46,014 bases of DNA from Gammaproteobacteria bacterium (GCA_003696665.1 RFGJ01000527.1:1-46014); one strand, 5' to 3'; shown: positions 19,277 to 30,116, counted from the first letter of the stretch. Notes: generated by a model from the letters alone, not told the origin. Translations and numbers: made by a program.

Positions 19277-19666
19277 ATGGCGTATAGCGACAAAGTAATT
19301 GACCATTACGAGAATCCTCGTAATGTCGGATCATTTGATCCCAACGAGAAAAATGTAGGCACCGGTATGGTGGGTGCCCCGGCGTGTGGCGACGTGATGA
19401 AGCTCCAAATTAAGGTGAATGAAGAGGGGGTTATTGAGGACGCCCGCTTCAAAACCTATGGTTGCGGCTCCGCCATCGCCTCAAGCTCACTTGTGACCGA
19501 ATGGGTCAAAGGTAAGACGCTCGAAGAAGCCAGGAAAATCAAAAACAGTGATATCGCCGAAGAACTGGCGCTGCCACCGGTCAAAATCCACTGCTCGGTT
19601 TTGGCAGAAGATGCCATCAAGGCTGCCATTGAAGACTACCAACGCAAAAAATCACAAGCGGAATAA
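19277..19666 (+). CDS. iscU: Fe-S cluster scaffold protein IscU
   Basis: 129 aa with [26 protein letters not shown], the LPPVK motif and conserved Cys residues. Confidence 0.97.
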   Translation: MAYSDKVIDHYENPRNVGSFDPNEKNVGTGMVGAPACGDVMKLQIKVNEEGVIEDARFKTYGCGSAIASSSLVTEWVKGKTLEEARKIKNSDIAEELALPPVKIHCSVLAEDAIKAAIEDYQRKKSQAE

Positions 19667-19677
19667 ACGGCGATATC

Positions 19678-20001
19678 ATGGCGATCACATTGACTGAGCG
19701 CGCCCAAGCGCAAATGAAAAAAGCGCTTGCATCGCGTGGGAAAGGCATTGGGGTCCGGTTGGGTGTGACCACCTCCGGGTGTTCCGGTTTTGCCTATGTG
19801 ATGGAATTTGTCGATCAACTCAATAGCGACGATGAAGTCTTTCCGTATGACGGATTTCTGCTAGTCGTCGATAAGAAAAGTTTGGTGTATCTCGATGGCA
19901 CCGAAGTGGATTTTGTGCAAGAAGGGCTGAATGAGGGCTTTAAATTTACCAATCCCAATGCCAAAGGCGAATGTGGTTGTGGGGAAAGTTTTGCGGTATG
20001 A
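19678..20001 (+). CDS. iscA: Fe-S cluster insertion protein IscA
   Basis: 107 aa with an A-type carrier C-terminus CGCGESF. Confidence 0.95.
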   Translation: MAITLTERAQAQMKKALASRGKGIGVRLGVTTSGCSGFAYVMEFVDQLNSDDEVFPYDGFLLVVDKKSLVYLDGTEVDFVQEGLNEGFKFTNPNAKGECGCGESFAV

Positions 20002-20531
20002 CAGACAATCCCTACGAGCTTTTTGAACTGCCATTGCGGTACTGTATTGACAAAAGTGTGCTGCGCGAGCGTCTGCAGAAACTCCAAATGGCAACACATC
20101 CGGATAGGCATGTCCGGGATGATGCCGCTGCAAGGCTTCAGGCCGCCAATTTGAGTGCGCGCATCAATGATGCTTACCAGCAATTGGTGGATCCGGTGAA
20201 ACGGGCGGAAGCTTTGGCCAGAATACGAGGCGTTTGTCTTCCCAACGCAGACAGCACAGTCAGTGATCCGGTCCTGCTTATGCAGCAAATGGAAGCAAGA
20301 GAAAAGCTGGCGTCGATTGAGCGGAACAAGGATATAGAGGCACTGGAACGGTTCCAGGACAGTATCCTTGATGAGGTTCAGACTGTTGAGCGCCAGCTGG
20401 ACCAATTATTTGAAGAAACCGTCATTGACGAAGACGCTTTACATGCGCTTCTCACTCGGCTGCGCTTCTTGGGCAAATTGAAAAATGAATGTGCTCGAGT
20501 TGAAGCGGCGTTGGACGATGGCGATTGGTAA
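19998..20531 (+). CDS. hscB: co-chaperone HscB
   Basis: It has a J-domain with the HPD motif (ATHPDRH). I chose the ATG at 19998 because it forms an ATGA overlap with the iscA stop and gives the typical N-terminus [12 protein letters not shown]. Confidence 0.9.
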   Translation: MTDNPYELFELPLRYCIDKSVLRERLQKLQMATHPDRHVRDDAAARLQAANLSARINDAYQQLVDPVKRAEALARIRGVCLPNADSTVSDPVLLMQQMEAREKLASIERNKDIEALERFQDSILDEVQTVERQLDQLFEETVIDEDALHALLTRLRFLGKLKNECARVEAALDDGDW

Positions 20532-20557
20532 AACATATAGTGGAGTGCGAATAAACC

Positions 20558-22420
20558 ATGGCCTTACTGCAAATCGCCGAGCCGGGACAGAGTGGTCAGC
20601 CGCACAAGCGTCGCTTGGCTGTAGGCATTGACCTGGGCACAACGAACAGCCTTGTGGCCACAGTTCGAAACGGAACACCAGAAGTTCTAAAAGATGCGGC
20701 AGGCGAATGGCTGATACCATCTGTGGTGCATTACGGCGATCAGGAGGTGCGGGTTGGCAAAAGTGCGCGGGCTTTTGCTGTGTGTGATGCCGCCAATACC
20801 GTTGTGTCGGTCAAGCGGATGATGGGGCGTAGCCGTGAAGAACTGAAAGGTCTTGATGGCGCCTTTCCTTATCAAGTCACCGATCAGAACCCCCCAGCCA
20901 TTTTGACTCGCCAAGGGCCGAAAACAGCGGTCGAGGTATCGGCAGACATCTTGCGTTATTTGAAAAGTTTCGCCGAAGCTCGGCTTGGCGGCGAGATTGA
21001 AGGTGCTGTCATCACGGTGCCTGCTTATTTCGATGATGCCCAACGACAAGCGACCAAGGACGCTGCTCGTTTAGCGGGGCTGCCAGTTTTACGGCTGTTG
21101 AATGAGCCAACTGCGGCCGCAGTCGCGTATGGTCTTGACAGTGGGGAAGAAGGCATCCATGTGGTTTTTGACATGGGCGGGGGCACCTTCGATGTCTCCA
21201 TACTGCGCTTTACCAGAGGCGTTTTCGAAGTCATCGCGACCGGTGGTGATACTCAGCTCGGCGGAGATGACATGGACGAGGCATTGGCACAATGGTTGAT
21301 GCAGGAGAAATCCTTGCAATTAACAAGTCAAGATCCGCTAGAGCGATACCTGATGGAAACAGCAAGAGCAATCAAGGAGCGTTTGACCAACGAAGAGACC
21401 GTGACGACCGAATTGAAGCTTGGAGAACGGAATTTTGGCGAGGTGACAATCACACGTGACCAATTCAATCGGTTGATTGAACCGATTGTGCAACGAGCGA
21501 TTCGTGTGTGTAAGCGAGTCATTCGGGATGCCCAAGTGGCACGGGAGGAGATTCGAGATATTGTCATGGTGGGTGGAAGCACACGGGTCCCGCATGTGCG
21601 TGAGGCTGTGGAAGCCTTCTTTGGCCGAAAGCCGCTGACTGAACTTGACCCAGATCAGGTAGTAGCGCTTGGCGCGGCGAGACAGGCAGAAACCTTGATA
21701 GGGAATAGCCGTGACAATGATGTACTACTGCTCGATGTGTGCCCGTTGTCGCTTGGCATTGAGACCATGGGAGGGCTGGTTGAAAAAATTATCCCACGCA
21801 ACACACCGATCCCTGTTGCACGCGCCCAAGAATTTACTACCTATAAGGACGGCCAAACCGCCATGCTCATCCATGTGGTTCAAGGGGAGCGTGAGTTGGT
21901 GCAGGATTGTCGAAGCCTTGCCCGGTTTACACTGAAAGGCATCCCACCGATGGCGGCAGGGGTGGCGCGCATACGGGTCACCTACAATGTAGACGCCGAT
22001 GGATTGTTGAACGTGACGGCGGAAGAGACGACGACGGGAGCGAAAGCACAGGTCGAAGTCAAGCCGAGTTATGGATTGGCTCCCGAACAAGTGGCGAAAA
22101 TGATAGAAGAATCTATTGCAAATGCCGAACAGGATCGTGACCGCCGCGTGTTGCAGGAAACAAAAGTTGAGTCTCAACGGCTGTTGGAAGCGTTGGAGGC
22201 AGCCATTGCGCAAGATGGTGAGCTCTTGTCCGATGAGGAGCGAAATATTTTGGAACAGGCCATGCAAGACCTTCGCAGGCAGTTGGAGACAGAGGACAGG
22301 CAAGCCATTGAGCAGGCGGCCAAGCGATTGGAAACACAATCTGAGACCTTCGCAGCACGGCGGATGAACAAGAGTATTCAGGCTGCGTTGGTTGGACACC
22401 AGGTGAATGAGGTCAAATAA
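20558..22420 (+). CDS. hscA: Fe-S protein assembly chaperone HscA (Hsp70 family)
   Basis: 620 aa with Hsp70 signatures GIDLGTTNS and [10 protein letters not shown]. It sits between hscB and fdx. Confidence 0.96.
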   Translation: MALLQIAEPGQSGQPHKRRLAVGIDLGTTNSLVATVRNGTPEVLKDAAGEWLIPSVVHYGDQEVRVGKSARAFAVCDAANTVVSVKRMMGRSREELKGLDGAFPYQVTDQNPPAILTRQGPKTAVEVSADILRYLKSFAEARLGGEIEGAVITVPAYFDDAQRQATKDAARLAGLPVLRLLNEPTAAAVAYGLDSGEEGIHVVFDMGGGTFDVSILRFTRGVFEVIATGGDTQLGGDDMDEALAQWLMQEKSLQLTSQDPLERYLMETARAIKERLTNEETVTTELKLGERNFGEVTITRDQFNRLIEPIVQRAIRVCKRVIRDAQVAREEIRDIVMVGGSTRVPHVREAVEAFFGRKPLTELDPDQVVALGAARQAETLIGNSRDNDVLLLDVCPLSLGIETMGGLVEKIIPRNTPIPVARAQEFTTYKDGQTAMLIHVVQGERELVQDCRSLARFTLKGIPPMAAGVARIRVTYNVDADGLLNVTAEETTTGAKAQVEVKPSYGLAPEQVAKMIEESIANAEQDRDRRVLQETKVESQRLLEALEAAIAQDGELLSDEERNILEQAMQDLRRQLETEDRQAIEQAAKRLETQSETFAARRMNKSIQAALVGHQVNEVK

Positions 22421-22758
22421 TGCCGAAAATTGTTTTTCTGCCACATGAAGAACTTTGCCCAGAAGGGGCTGTTGTCGAAGCGAACCCAGGGGAAACGATC
22501 ATTGAGGCAGCTTTGCGTCATGGTATTGAAATAGAGCATGCGTGCGAGATGTCCTGTGCTTGTACGACGTGCCATGTGATTGTTCGCGAAGGTTATGATT
22601 CCCTGGATGCGCCTGACGAGCTAGAAGAAGATATGCTGGATAAGGCTTGGGGTTTGGAGCCGGAGTCCCGTCTCAGTTGTCAGGCGCATGTGGACGGTGA
22701 GGATTTGGTCGTAGAGATCCCCAAATACACGATTAATCAAGTCTCTGAAAGCCGTTGA
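22420..22758 (+). CDS. fdx: [2Fe-2S] ferredoxin of the ISC system
   Basis: 112 aa adrenodoxin-type protein with the Cys pattern C.....C..C ... C. Its start overlaps the hscA stop by 1 nt (TAATG). Confidence 0.95.
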   Translation: MPKIVFLPHEELCPEGAVVEANPGETIIEAALRHGIEIEHACEMSCACTTCHVIVREGYDSLDAPDELEEDMLDKAWGLEPESRLSCQAHVDGEDLVVEIPKYTINQVSESR

Positions 22759-22773
22759 TAGAGGACTAGCACT

Positions 22774-22971
22774 ATGGGTTTGAAGTGGACTGATGTGTAC
22801 GAAATTGCGATTGCTTTGGATGAGCGGCATCCAGATGTCGACCCGTTGACGGTTCGCTTTACTGATTTGCATCGATGGGTCACAGAGTTGCCTGACTTTG
22901 ATGACGACCCAAAGCGTAGTGGAGAGAAGATACTTGAGGCCATTCAACAGGCGTGGTTGGAAGAAAAATAG
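22774..22971 (+). CDS. iscX: Fe-S assembly protein IscX
   Basis: 65 aa acidic protein with the [16 protein letters not shown]-terminus typical of IscX/YfhJ. It is the last gene of the isc cluster. Confidence 0.9.
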   Translation: MGLKWTDVYEIAIALDERHPDVDPLTVRFTDLHRWVTELPDFDDDPKRSGEKILEAIQQAWLEEK

Positions 22972-22991
22972 AAAAAATTTTCGGTCAACGG

Positions 22992-23019
22992 TTGTCATTT
23001 GAGAAAAAAACAGTATTAT
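22992..23019 (+). promoter_or_regulatory. candidate sigma-70 promoter for tRNA-Lys
   Basis: TTGTCA (22992-97), a 16-nt spacer, then TATTAT (23014-19). A GC-rich discriminator (GCGCC) follows, and the promoter ends 17 nt before the tRNA 5' end. Confidence 0.4.
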
Positions 23020-23035
23020 ATGCGCCACTTGTTTC

Positions 23036-23111
23036 GGGTCGTTAGCTCAGCCGGTAGAGCAGCTGACTTTTAATCAGTTGGTCGCAGGTTCGATTCCTGC
23101 ACGACCCACCA
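23036..23111 (+). tRNA. tRNA-Lys (anticodon UUU)
   Basis: I folded the cloverleaf by hand. The acceptor is GGGTCGT/ACGACCC, the D arm GCTC/GAGC, the anticodon arm GCTGA-CTTTTAA-TCAGT and the T arm GCAGG-TTCGATT-CCTGC. The CCA end is encoded. Confidence 0.95.
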
Positions 23112-23138
23112 AAAATCCTCCCAAACTTTGTCGTATTG

Positions 23139-23167
23139 ACACCCCGTGACAACGGGGTGTTTTTTTG
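23139..23167 (+). terminator. rho-independent terminator after tRNA-Lys
   Basis: The stem is ACACCCCG/CGGGGTGT (8 bp) with loop TGACAA, followed by T7. Confidence 0.75.
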
Positions 23168-23194
23168 TGCAGACGAGTTCATTCAGAATGCCGC

Positions 23195-23223
23195 TTGTCA
23201 AATGTGATGGAATGCGGCATAGT
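23195..23223 (+). promoter_or_regulatory. candidate promoter for SRP RNA
   Basis: TTGTCA (23195-200), a 17-nt spacer, then CATAGT (23218-23). It ends about 15 nt before the SRP RNA 5' helix. Confidence 0.3.
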
Positions 23224-23237
23224 ACGCCACGACGCGA

Positions 23238-23352
<115 letters not shown>

Positions 23353-23417
23353 TTTTCTAATAAAATCCTTCACCGTCGTGGTACACTGGCGTAAACATCG
23401 AGCCGATTCGATAGACT

Positions 23418-25124
23418 ATGAGTTATCTCGCCTTGGCGCGTAAATGGCGCCCTCAAAATTTTGCCGAACTGGTCGGCCAAGAACACATCAAACGCGCTTT
23501 AACCACGGCACTTGATAGTGGTCGTGTTCATCACGCCTTTCTATTTACCGGCACACGCGGGGTCGGTAAAACTACCATTGCGCGCATTATTGCTAAATGT
23601 CTTAATTGCGAACAGGGTGTCACGGCGACACCGTGCGGCACCTGTCCCAATTGCCAGGCGATTACCGACGGGCGATTTGTGGATCTGCTGGAAGTCGATG
23701 CGGCCTCTCGTACGCGAGTAGATGATACAAGAGAGTTGTTGGATAACGTCCAGTATCGGCCGACACAAGGTCGTTATAAGGTATATCTCATTGATGAGGT
23801 ACACATGCTCTCGACCCACAGCTTTAATGCGTTGCTCAAAACGCTTGAAGAGCCCCCTGAGCATGTGGTGTTTCTTTTGGCGACAACGGATCCACAAAAG
23901 CTGCCCGTGACTGTGCTGTCTCGTTGCTTGCAATTTCATTTGCGTCACTTGGCGCCAGAGGAGATTGCCCAGCATCTGGCCGATATTTTGCGAAAAGAAT
24001 CGGTACATTTTGAGGACGGCGCGCTACATGATCTTGCCGAAGCTGCACAAGGAAGTATGCGGGATGCCCTGAGTTTGTTAGATCAGGCCATTGCGCACGG
24101 GGCGGGGAAGATAACAACCGAAGGTGTGCGCCAGATGCTCGGATGTGTGGAGCGGGCACCAGTTCATGACTTACTCGAGGCGCTATGGGCGGGAGATGGC
24201 GATAGGGCATTTGAGTGCGTTGAACAATTTGAGGCGTTTTCATCAGACTTCCTGCCAGTGGTGGACGCCATCATTCATATACTGCATGAATTAGCCATTA
24301 TTCAGGTCGTGCCCAGTCGGCAAACTGATGTTGACGAGCAAGTCGCTAGACTGGCCGAAACAGTCAATCCGAAGTGGGTGCAACTCATGTACGACATCGC
24401 TTTGCGAGCAAGGAGAGATTTACCCCTCGCACCGACCAGTCGAATTGGTTTTGAGATGTTGGTGTTGCGGATGTTGGCCTTTAGTCCAGAGCCAAAGAGC
24501 GAGCCTAGCCGCCCAACTGTGCGTAAAATCCAATCGGCTCACATAAGCGCCAAGTCAAATCGGATAAATGGTGACAAGGTCAAAGGAAATGCGCATGTGA
24601 CCGATGAAGAAGTAGACCCGGCATCACAAGTGCCTGTCAGTGATGTCGTCGAGACAGTCCCAGAACCACAAACGGGGGGTGCGAAAGTGAACCCTGAGGA
24701 CATCACGCCGGAAACATGGCCAGATGTCGCGCGCGCGATGCCATTGTCAGGTCCGGCACAGCAGATCATTCTGCATTGCGTGTGGGGGGGCGTGCATGGC
24801 AAAAACGTGCGGTTGTATTGCCGGGGGCTGGCCAAATCAATGTTTACAGACCGACGGTTGGCGCGCATTCAGGAGGCCATAGCAGAAGTATTCGGCAAAA
24901 CATGGCATCTTGACCTGATCCATGAACAGACAGAGATTCCTGAAGGCGAAACTGCCGCACAACGAAGACAGAAGGAGCTGGCGCAGCGTCAAGCGGAAGC
25001 GGAAGTGCATGTGGCGACCAACCCTCTGATTCAGGGGTTGGTCAAACAATTTGATGGAAAGGTGCGACCGGGATCGGTTCGTCCGACCGACGAGACGAGC
25101 GAACCCAGAAATGAAATAGATTGA
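23418..25124 (+). CDS. dnaX: DNA polymerase III subunit tau (DnaX)
   Basis: 568 aa with [15 protein letters not shown], the Walker A motif GTRGVGKTT, a zinc module C..C....C.C..C and the DEVHMLS box. Confidence 0.96.
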   Translation: MSYLALARKWRPQNFAELVGQEHIKRALTTALDSGRVHHAFLFTGTRGVGKTTIARIIAKCLNCEQGVTATPCGTCPNCQAITDGRFVDLLEVDAASRTRVDDTRELLDNVQYRPTQGRYKVYLIDEVHMLSTHSFNALLKTLEEPPEHVVFLLATTDPQKLPVTVLSRCLQFHLRHLAPEEIAQHLADILRKESVHFEDGALHDLAEAAQGSMRDALSLLDQAIAHGAGKITTEGVRQMLGCVERAPVHDLLEALWAGDGDRAFECVEQFEAFSSDFLPVVDAIIHILHELAIIQVVPSRQTDVDEQVARLAETVNPKWVQLMYDIALRARRDLPLAPTSRIGFEMLVLRMLAFSPEPKSEPSRPTVRKIQSAHISAKSNRINGDKVKGNAHVTDEEVDPASQVPVSDVVETVPEPQTGGAKVNPEDITPETWPDVARAMPLSGPAQQIILHCVWGGVHGKNVRLYCRGLAKSMFTDRRLARIQEAIAEVFGKTWHLDLIHEQTEIPEGETAAQRRQKELAQRQAEAEVHVATNPLIQGLVKQFDGKVRPGSVRPTDETSEPRNEID

Positions 25125-25135
25125 GGAGTATCACG

Positions 25136-25462
25136 ATGTTTAAAGGTGGATTGGGTGGCTTAATGAAGCAAGCCCAAGAAATGCAAGAAAAAATGCAAAA
25201 AATTCAGGAAGAAGTGGCCAATATGGAGGTCGAAGGGCAGGCCGGTGCCGGGTTGGTCAAAGTGGTCATGACCGGGCGCCACGATGTCAAGCGCGTCCAC
25301 ATTGATGAGTCACTGCTTTCCGAAGACAAAGAGATCTTGGAGGATCTGATCGCGGCGGCAGTCAATGATGCCGTCCGACGCGCTGAGCAATCGGCTAAGG
25401 AAAAAATGGCGGAACTGACGGGCGGGATTAATCTGCCTCCAGGATTTAAATTGCCGTTCTAA
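25136..25462 (+). CDS. ybaB: nucleoid-associated protein YbaB/EbfC
   Basis: It has the [18 protein letters not shown]-terminus. I chose the ATG at 25136, which has a GAGGAG SD 7 nt upstream, over the TTG at 25121. The dnaX-ybaB-recR synteny is conserved. Confidence 0.92.
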   Translation: MFKGGLGGLMKQAQEMQEKMQKIQEEVANMEVEGQAGAGLVKVVMTGRHDVKRVHIDESLLSEDKEILEDLIAAAVNDAVRRAEQSAKEKMAELTGGINLPPGFKLPF

Positions 25463-25479
25463 TGTGGTGAAAGCAAACC

Positions 25480-26082
25480 GTGTCTGAAACTACTTTACTT
25501 GAGAGATTGTTGAATGCGTTTCGTTGCCTGCCTGGTGTGGGCAGGAAAACTGCTTCGCGTATGGTGTTTCACTTACTTGAGCGTGACCGCGAGGGGGCAA
25601 AATATCTCGCTCAGACGTTATTGCAGGCAATTGATACCATCACGCATTGTCAACTGTGCAGAAACTTCACCGAAGAACAAATTTGCCGACTTTGTGCGCA
25701 TCCAGGCCGCGACGACAATCTTCTGTGCGTCGTAGAGACACCTTCCGATGTCGAAATGCTTGAACGAAGTGGGCTTTTTCAAGGACGGTATTTTGTCCTT
25801 GGCGGGCGTTTGTCGCCGTTGGATGGCATTGGTCCTGAGGAACTTGGCTTATCTGAGTTGGCGGCACGTGTTGACACTTTGAAGCCCAGGGAAGTGATTC
25901 TGGCGCTTTCCGCAACAGTCGAAGGCGAAGCTACCTGCCACTATATCGCCACAATGCTCAAATCAGCAGGCGTGCGACTGAGTCGAATCGCGCAAGGCGT
26001 GCCAGTTGGCGGTCAACTCGATTACGTCGATGGGCATACTCTGGCACGCGCGCTGGCCAGTCGTACCGAATACGAGGGCTGA
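25480..26082 (+). CDS. recR: recombination protein RecR
   Basis: 200 aa with the LPGVG helix-hairpin-helix, the C4 zinc finger C..C....C..C and a Toprim domain. It uses a GTG start. Confidence 0.95.
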   Translation: MSETTLLERLLNAFRCLPGVGRKTASRMVFHLLERDREGAKYLAQTLLQAIDTITHCQLCRNFTEEQICRLCAHPGRDDNLLCVVETPSDVEMLERSGLFQGRYFVLGGRLSPLDGIGPEELGLSELAARVDTLKPREVILALSATVEGEATCHYIATMLKSAGVRLSRIAQGVPVGGQLDYVDGHTLARALASRTEYEG

Positions 26083-26087
26083 ACTGT

Positions 26088-26729
26088 TCATTGCCGAATG
26101 GCGACATGTAGTCCGTCCCGAATCGGCCACAGCACATTTTCCCATTGCGAGGATTTGTTTAGCGCTTGATTAAACGCCCGTATGCCCTGTGTGTCATCAT
26201 CTGTAGCCTCGGCCTGTACCACACGCCCAGACCACAAACAATTATCGGCAACCAGAATGGCACCACTTTGAACGCGTGGCGTGAGTAGCGACAAATATTC
26301 AGGATATCGACTTTTGTCAGCGTCCAGAAATACGAAATCCCAATGCTCGTTAGCTTTTTTAACGAACGGCACCGCGTCATCAATATGAAAATATATTCGC
26401 CTATAAGCGTCGTGCCTCTCGGCAAATGAACGGGCGATGCGCACGACGTTCTCATCACGATCAACCGTATGCAGCTCGGCATCCGATGGCATGGAACCGG
26501 CCATCCACAAAGCGGAATATCCCGTATAGGTCCCAATCTCAAGGATGCGTTTGGGCCGGTGCATGCGAATCAGCCAGGCCAGGGTGCGGCCTACGAGTGG
26601 ACCGCTGAGCATCTGCGGGTGTGGTACAGAGGCGTTAGTCACCTCCCTTAATTCTGCCAGTAGCGGCGGTTCCGCCATCCCCATCGATTCGCAGTATGCA
26701 GTAATAGACTCGGATATGAGAGGAATCAC
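26088..26729 (-). CDS. class I SAM-dependent O-methyltransferase (family 3, caffeoyl-CoA OMT-like)
   Basis: 213 aa with the ILEIGTYTGYSALWMA SAM-binding motif I and FVFLDADK. It uses a GTG start, and its stop lies 5 nt from the convergent recR stop. The substrate cannot be inferred. Confidence 0.78.
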   Translation of the reverse strand: MIPLISESITAYCESMGMAEPPLLAELREVTNASVPHPQMLSGPLVGRTLAWLIRMHRPKRILEIGTYTGYSALWMAGSMPSDAELHTVDRDENVVRIARSFAERHDAYRRIYFHIDDAVPFVKKANEHWDFVFLDADKSRYPEYLSLLTPRVQSGAILVADNCLWSGRVVQAEATDDDTQGIRAFNQALNKSSQWENVLWPIRDGLHVAIRQ

Positions 26730-26731
26730 GC

Positions 26732-26759
26732 CTTGAAATCCTGTTGGTTACCCCCATCT
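26732..26759 (+). promoter_or_regulatory. sigma-32 (heat-shock) promoter of htpG
   Basis: CTTGAAA (26732-38), a 13-nt spacer, then CCCCATCT (26752-59). Both elements match the sigma-32 consensus and resemble the remembered E. coli htpG promoter. It ends 47 nt upstream of the htpG ATG. Confidence 0.7.
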
Positions 26760-26805
26760 TGATGGTTAGCATAACAGAATATTCATATGACAGAAGGGGT
26801 GAAAG

Positions 26806-28683
26806 ATGTCAGCGGCAAACCATGTCGAGAAGCATAGTTTTCAGACAGAAGTTAAGCAGCTTTTGCATTTGATGGTTCATTCCCTGTATTCACACCGGGA
26901 GATTTTTCTTCGTGAGCTGATTTCCAATGCTGCCGATGCCTGTGACCGGTTGCGTTTGAAATCAATTGAAAGGCATGAACTTGCAGCAGAACCGCTGGTC
27001 ATCAGAATTCATGCGGATAAGGACAAAGGAACTTTGACCGTTTCGGATAACGGGATTGGGATGACCAAAGAAGAAGCCATCCGCAATTTGGGCACCATTG
27101 CCCGGTCGGGCACGGGAGAGTTTCTCAAGCAATTAACCGGCGACAAACAAAAGGATGCCCAGTTGATCGGACAGTTTGGCGTTGGGTTTTATAGTGCGTT
27201 TATTGTCGCCGATAAAGTGGTTGTCGAGTCGCGCGGACTTGACGCGGACCAAGGGGTGCGATGGTCATCCAAAGGCGACGGCGAATTTGAAGTTGAAGTC
27301 ATTGATAAGCCAGAGCGCGGCACGGATGTTATCCTCTATTTGAAAGAGGACGCCAAGGAATTTTTGGAAGATTATAGGCTTCGGCAGATCATCCACAAAT
27401 ACTCAGAGCACATTGCTTTCGAGATTCAGATGCCGAAGGCGACAGAAGAAAAAACTGACAAAATAGAATGGGAGAAGGTCAACAAAGCACAGGCATTGTG
27501 GACACGTCCGAAAAACGATATTTCGGATGACGAGTACATTGAATTTTATAAACACATTTCTCACGATTTTGAACCGCCTTTAACGTGGTCTCATAACAAG
27601 GTCGAGGGCAAGCTGGAATACACCTCCTTGCTTTATATCCCGTCAAGGGCGCCATTTGACTTGTGGAATCGTGAACGGGTACGAGGTTTGAAACTGTATG
27701 TCCAACGTGTCTTTATCATGGACGATGCGGAGCAGTTCCTCCCCGTTTATCTCCGTTTTGTTCGCGGCGTGATTGACTCAAATGATTTGCCGCTCAACGT
27801 ATCTCGTGAAATTTTGCAAGACAGCGCGGTGACGAGAAGCCTAAAAAGTGCGGTCACCAAGCGGGTATTAGATATGCTTGAAAAACTTGCCAAAGACGAT
27901 CCAGAGAAGTATCAAAAATTCTGGGATCAGTTTGGCCAAGTGATGAAAGAAGGGCCTGCCGAGGATTATGCGAACCGGGAGCAAATTGCGCGCCTTCTGC
28001 GGTTTGCCTCGACCCATGGTTCGGATGCGACACAGAATGTTTCGTTGGCGGACTACGTCGCACGGATGAAAGATGGGCAAAAGGCCATTTACTATCTGAC
28101 CGCCGAGAGCTTCGCGGCAGCCAAGAACAGCCCTCATCTTGAGATTTTCCGTAAGAAAGGGATTGAAGTGTTGTTGCTGACGGATCGAATTGACGAATGG
28201 CTGGTCAGCTATTTAGATGAATTCGATGGCAAGCCATTGAAAAATGTGGCGAAAGGGGAGCTGGACTTAGGTGAACTCGACGACGATGCCGCGCGCAAGG
28301 AAGTAGAGGCTGCTTTCGAGAAAGCCAAGCCGTTTCTTGAGCGGGTCAAGAAAGTCCTCGGCGATCGTGTTGCCGATGTTCGTCTCACGCATCGCCTGAC
28401 GGATAGCCCTGCGTGCGTCGTCCTGAATGAACACGATCTTGGTCCACAAATGGCGCAAATTTTAAAAGCCGCGGGCCAAGAAGTGCCTCAAGGTAAACCA
28501 ATCCTTGAGCTCAACCCTAAACATCCTTTGATTGAAAAAATGCAGTCGGATATGGAAGAGCAACTTTTCTCTGACTGGGCACTTTTGATTTTTGAGCAGG
28601 CACAATTGTCCGAACGAGGCACTCTTGAAGATCCGGCGGCGTTTGCGCAGCGATTGAATCGCCTATTGCTCAGCCAGCAATAA
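26806..28683 (+). CDS. htpG: molecular chaperone HtpG (Hsp90)
   Basis: 625 aa with the [35 protein letters not shown] ATPase signature. Confidence 0.97.
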   Translation: MSAANHVEKHSFQTEVKQLLHLMVHSLYSHREIFLRELISNAADACDRLRLKSIERHELAAEPLVIRIHADKDKGTLTVSDNGIGMTKEEAIRNLGTIARSGTGEFLKQLTGDKQKDAQLIGQFGVGFYSAFIVADKVVVESRGLDADQGVRWSSKGDGEFEVEVIDKPERGTDVILYLKEDAKEFLEDYRLRQIIHKYSEHIAFEIQMPKATEEKTDKIEWEKVNKAQALWTRPKNDISDDEYIEFYKHISHDFEPPLTWSHNKVEGKLEYTSLLYIPSRAPFDLWNRERVRGLKLYVQRVFIMDDAEQFLPVYLRFVRGVIDSNDLPLNVSREILQDSAVTRSLKSAVTKRVLDMLEKLAKDDPEKYQKFWDQFGQVMKEGPAEDYANREQIARLLRFASTHGSDATQNVSLADYVARMKDGQKAIYYLTAESFAAAKNSPHLEIFRKKGIEVLLLTDRIDEWLVSYLDEFDGKPLKNVAKGELDLGELDDDAARKEVEAAFEKAKPFLERVKKVLGDRVADVRLTHRLTDSPACVVLNEHDLGPQMAQILKAAGQEVPQGKPILELNPKHPLIEKMQSDMEEQLFSDWALLIFEQAQLSERGTLEDPAAFAQRLNRLLLSQQ

Positions 28684-28698
28684 CCTAAGGTGATACTA

Positions 28699-28731
28699 GA
28701 AAAGGCGGCTTATGCCGCCTTTTCTGTTTTT
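28699..28731. terminator. bidirectional rho-independent terminator between htpG and the lyase gene
   Basis: The stem is GGCGGC/GCCGCC with loop TTAT. It is flanked by A4 on the 5' side and by a T-rich run on the 3' side, and it lies between convergent stop codons. Confidence 0.7.
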
Positions 28732-28745
28732 CACTTTGAGTCCGA

Positions 28746-30116
28746 TCATTTGATTGGCTCAAAATGGGCTGTGAAGTGTCTCAGCATGGGGGGCTCCCAG
28801 GTGATGCGCATGCCTCTGAGCTTATCCTTGTTTCGATAGACTTCCTCTAGCACTTCAATGCAATAGTCGATATGGCTTTGCGTGTAGACGCGACGTGGGA
28901 TGGCCATGCGAACAAGATCCATGGCCGCTGGTTTTTCCGAGCCATCTGGCTGCCGTCCAAACATCACAGTGCCAATTTCACAGGCGCGAATACCGCCGAC
29001 ACGATACATTTCGACAGCTAAGGCTTGTCCCGGATATTGTAACGGGTCGATATGTGGCAACATGGCGCGAGCATCAATGTAGACGGCGTGGCCGCCGACC
29101 GGTTTCACAATGGGGATGCCTATTTTGTCAAGCGCTTTGCCAAGATAGGTAGTGGAGGCGATGCGATATTGTAGGTAGTCTTCGTCAACGACTTCTTGAA
29201 GACCGACGGCCATGGCTTCGAGGTCTCGTCCAGAGAGCCCACCGTATGTTGGGAAGCCTTCCGTGAGAATTAAAACGTTGCGGGCTTCCATAGCCCACTG
29301 ATCGTCGTTCAGCGCAAGCCAGCCACCCATATTCACCAAGGCATCTTTTTTCGCGCTCATGGTCATGCCATCGGCAAGCGAAAACATCTCTTGGGCGATT
29401 TCCTTGGGCGTCTTGTCGGAATATCCGGGCTCACGAAGTTTGATGAAATACGCATTTTCGGCAAACCGGCAGGCGTCCAGAAAAAGAGGCTTTCCGTATT
29501 TCTCACAAATTTCTTTGACAGCACGGATGTTCGCCATGGACACTGGTTGACCGCCGCCCGAGTTGTTTGTGACTGTTAGCATGACCAACGGCACCTGATC
29601 CCCTTGCTCGCGGAGCAGTGCCTCTAAACGGTCAGTATCCATATCGCCTTTGAATGGCGCCTCAAGTTGGGGATTGAGCCCTTCCTCTTTGACCAGGTCA
29701 AGTGCCACAGCACCTGTGGCTTCAATATTCGCACGAGTGGTGTCGAAGTGCGTATTATTCGGAATGATCTTCCCCGGGCCACCGATGATACTGAAAAGAA
29801 TCTTTTCTGCGGCACGTCCTTGGTGAGTTGGGATAATGTGTTTGAAGGGGGCGAGTTCGCGCAGTGCCGTTTCGAAACGATAGTAGGAAGGTGAACCTGC
29901 GTAGCTCTCATCACCCATTTGAATACCTGCCCACTGGCGAGTGCTCATTGCTGAGGTGCCAGAGTCGGTGAGCAAGTCAATCAACACATCTTCGGCTTTA
30001 AGGGAAAATAGATTGTATCGAGCCGCTTCTAGCAATTGTTCCCGTTCATCCTGAGTGGTCATTTTCAGCGGTTCGACAGACTTGATTCGAAACGGTTCTA
30101 TGATGGTTTTTATCAT
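28746..30116 (-). CDS. tnaA: tryptophanase-like PLP-dependent beta-eliminating lyase (tryptophanase/tyrosine phenol-lyase family)
   Basis: 456 aa with EPFRIKSVEP, DLLTDSGT, PTHQGR and SAKKD (PLP lysine). The strings RFAENAYFIK, EGFPTYGGL, SAKKDA and HFDTTR (Asp where tyrosine phenol-lyase has Thr124) match E. coli TnaA better than C. freundii TPL, from memory. The family call is firm. The substrate call is tentative. Confidence 0.75.
   Translation of the reverse strand: MIKTIIEPFRIKSVEPLKMTTQDEREQLLEAARYNLFSLKAEDVLIDLLTDSGTSAMSTRQWAGIQMGDESYAGSPSYYRFETALRELAPFKHIIPTHQGRAAEKILFSIIGGPGKIIPNNTHFDTTRANIEATGAVALDLVKEEGLNPQLEAPFKGDMDTDRLEALLREQGDQVPLVMLTVTNNSGGGQPVSMANIRAVKEICEKYGKPLFLDACRFAENAYFIKLREPGYSDKTPKEIAQEMFSLADGMTMSAKKDALVNMGGWLALNDDQWAMEARNVLILTEGFPTYGGLSGRDLEAMAVGLQEVVDEDYLQYRIASTTYLGKALDKIGIPIVKPVGGHAVYIDARAMLPHIDPLQYPGQALAVEMYRVGGIRACEIGTVMFGRQPDGSEKPAAMDLVRMAIPRRVYTQSHIDYCIEVLEEVYRNKDKLRGMRITWEPPMLRHFTAHFEPIK

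Noticed and set aside
19815-20405. A 196-aa ORF antisense to iscA and hscB.
   Set aside because: It lies fully inside well-supported genes on the other strand. Its composition is low-complexity and Leu/Ser/Pro-rich, and it has no start context.
21725-22444. A 239-aa ORF antisense to hscA.
   Set aside because: It overlaps a confidently called Hsp70-family gene along its whole length. Long stop-free antisense frames are a known property of hsp70 and dnaK-type genes. It has no SD and no recognisable motifs.
23418-25124. An E. coli-type dnaX programmed -1 frameshift site (A AAA AAG plus a downstream hairpin) that would yield a gamma subunit.
   Set aside because: I scanned the gene by eye and found no run of six or more A residues and no AAAAAAG heptamer. 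I cannot exclude other mechanisms, such as transcriptional slippage or proteolysis, but nothing in the sequence supports a frameshift.
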